This document shows, in pieces, positions 15,707 to 16,693 of a stretch of 16,693 bases of DNA; within the stretch, counting starts at the first letter, position 1; each line of letters opens with the position of its first letter. Position numbers and translations under genes: made by a program. The stretch lies in assembly GCA_034530875.2 (NCBI GenBank), contig JAVRCJ020000050.1:1-16693 (forward strand). The letters are read 5' to 3'. The stretch is from Nostoc sp. DedSLP01 (GTDB lineage: Bacteria > Cyanobacteriota > Cyanobacteriia > Cyanobacteriales > Nostocaceae). Under the pieces are notes generated by a model, which ran no database searches, was not told the origin of the DNA, and saw only the letters and a list, made by a program, of their open reading frames with translations.

Positions 15707-16147
15707 ATGGATAGTCAGCACTTTCCGCTTCGAGGTGGATGTCACTGTGGCAACCTCAAACTTATATTTAACAGCACAAAGGCTCCAAACCAATTAGCTG
15801 TTCGGACGTGCGCTTGTTCATTCTGTCGGAAACACGGCACGCGTAGTACCTCAGATCCCAATGGAAACTTGCAGATTCAAATTATCAACCCCGAGCAAGT
15901 TATTCATTATCGCTTTGGTATGCATACAGCTGATTTCCTATTTTGCGGTTGCTGCGGCGTTTATGTTGCCGCTCTCATGCAGCATGAAACGCAGCAGCCC
16001 TTTGCCACTATCAATGTCAACGCCTTAGATTGCGCTCATTTGGTCTCTCAAGATTCGATAACTGTGGACTATGATGGAGAGACTATACAATCGCGACAAG
16101 AACGGCGTTTACGAGCTTGGACACCAGTCGTATCGATATCAAAATAA
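15707..16147 (+). CDS. GFA/CENP-V family Zn-binding protein
   Basis: GGCHCG, CACSFCRK and FCGCCG motifs. Confidence 0.9.
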   Translation: MDSQHFPLRGGCHCGNLKLIFNSTKAPNQLAVRTCACSFCRKHGTRSTSDPNGNLQIQIINPEQVIHYRFGMHTADFLFCGCCGVYVAALMQHETQQPFATINVNALDCAHLVSQDSITVDYDGETIQSRQERRLRAWTPVVSISK

Positions 16148-16693
16148 AATCGCAGACGCTTTAGCGAGTAGTAACTCTTCTATATCTGCATTACTCTAGC
16201 TAAGTTCCAAATCAAAATAGGCTCGTTAACGCTTTAGCGTGTCTTGACTTCTCTATAACTGCATTAACTCAATAAAACTTTCTGAATCCTCAAAAAAATA
16301 AAAAGTTCAGCAATAAACAATTGCTGAAAAATTGTTTGTGTTTTTCAAGTAAGTAATTGGTAACATCAATGAAGTTTTTAACTAATTACTGAAATCTAAA
16401 AAAAGATTCTCTTTATTGTCTGGACGATACAAGACAGTGTATTAATTATTTTTGGCACTGTTGATAAATCGTTCTATTTTGGTTGTCTAAAATTAGCTAT
16501 TTATTTATTTAAAAAATATGCAAAAATATTCAATTTATCGCTTGTTTTTTAATAAAAATAGTTGTATGTTCAATTTAGCTTGTACAAGCAGATCGACATT
16601 AACCCAAATCGGTAAATAACCATGAAGAAAGTAAACAAGAATGGTCGTTACCTCGGCACATTGTTAGGCTAATATTTTTCGATTAGCTAACTA

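Noticed and set aside
618..15793. Remaining short ORFs overlapping larger genes (e.g. 618-833, 2321-2509, 3267-3542, 6210-6410, 8841-9071, 14036-14279, 15258-15452)
   Set aside because: Shadow frames of well-supported CDSs with no independent motifs.
11936..16147. Identity with guanitoxin, aetokthonotoxin or crocagin clusters
   Set aside because: No PLP enzymes, kinase or methyltransferases (gnt), no halogenases (aet), and no CgnC-like dioxygenase or Trp-terminal precursor (cgn) in the window.

Overview
AT-rich accessory region from a cyanobacterium, probably Nostocales. Evidence: at least 11 HIP1 octamers (GCGATCGC), Nostoc-type short dispersed repeats and MITEs, and an RpaB-like regulator. 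The left two-thirds is a decaying mosaic. It holds an IS5-transposase remnant fused in frame to a 5'-truncated dinB, a cupin, an MFS transporter, a broken sterol-type glycosyltransferase, a MITE-disrupted TPR gene and a YjzC-domain gene with an in-frame TAG. It also holds a divergent rpaB paralog, a coiled-coil gene cut off from its ATG by nested MITEs, a YfbK-like VWA protein with a porin-type SLH module, a secreted Cys-repeat protein and a modA fragment ending at a HIP1 site. The right third (11936-16147) is an intact, co-oriented five-gene cluster: heme-oxygenase-like diiron oxidase (HDO), GNAT-like protein, M29/CgnB-E-like metallopeptidase-fold protein, SDR and GFA-family Zn protein. It is preceded by a near-canonical NtcA-type promoter. 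I do not recognise this cluster as a characterised pathway; it is the best candidate for an undescribed amino-acid/peptide-derived biosynthetic system. All family calls come from motif recognition and recall, not database searches.
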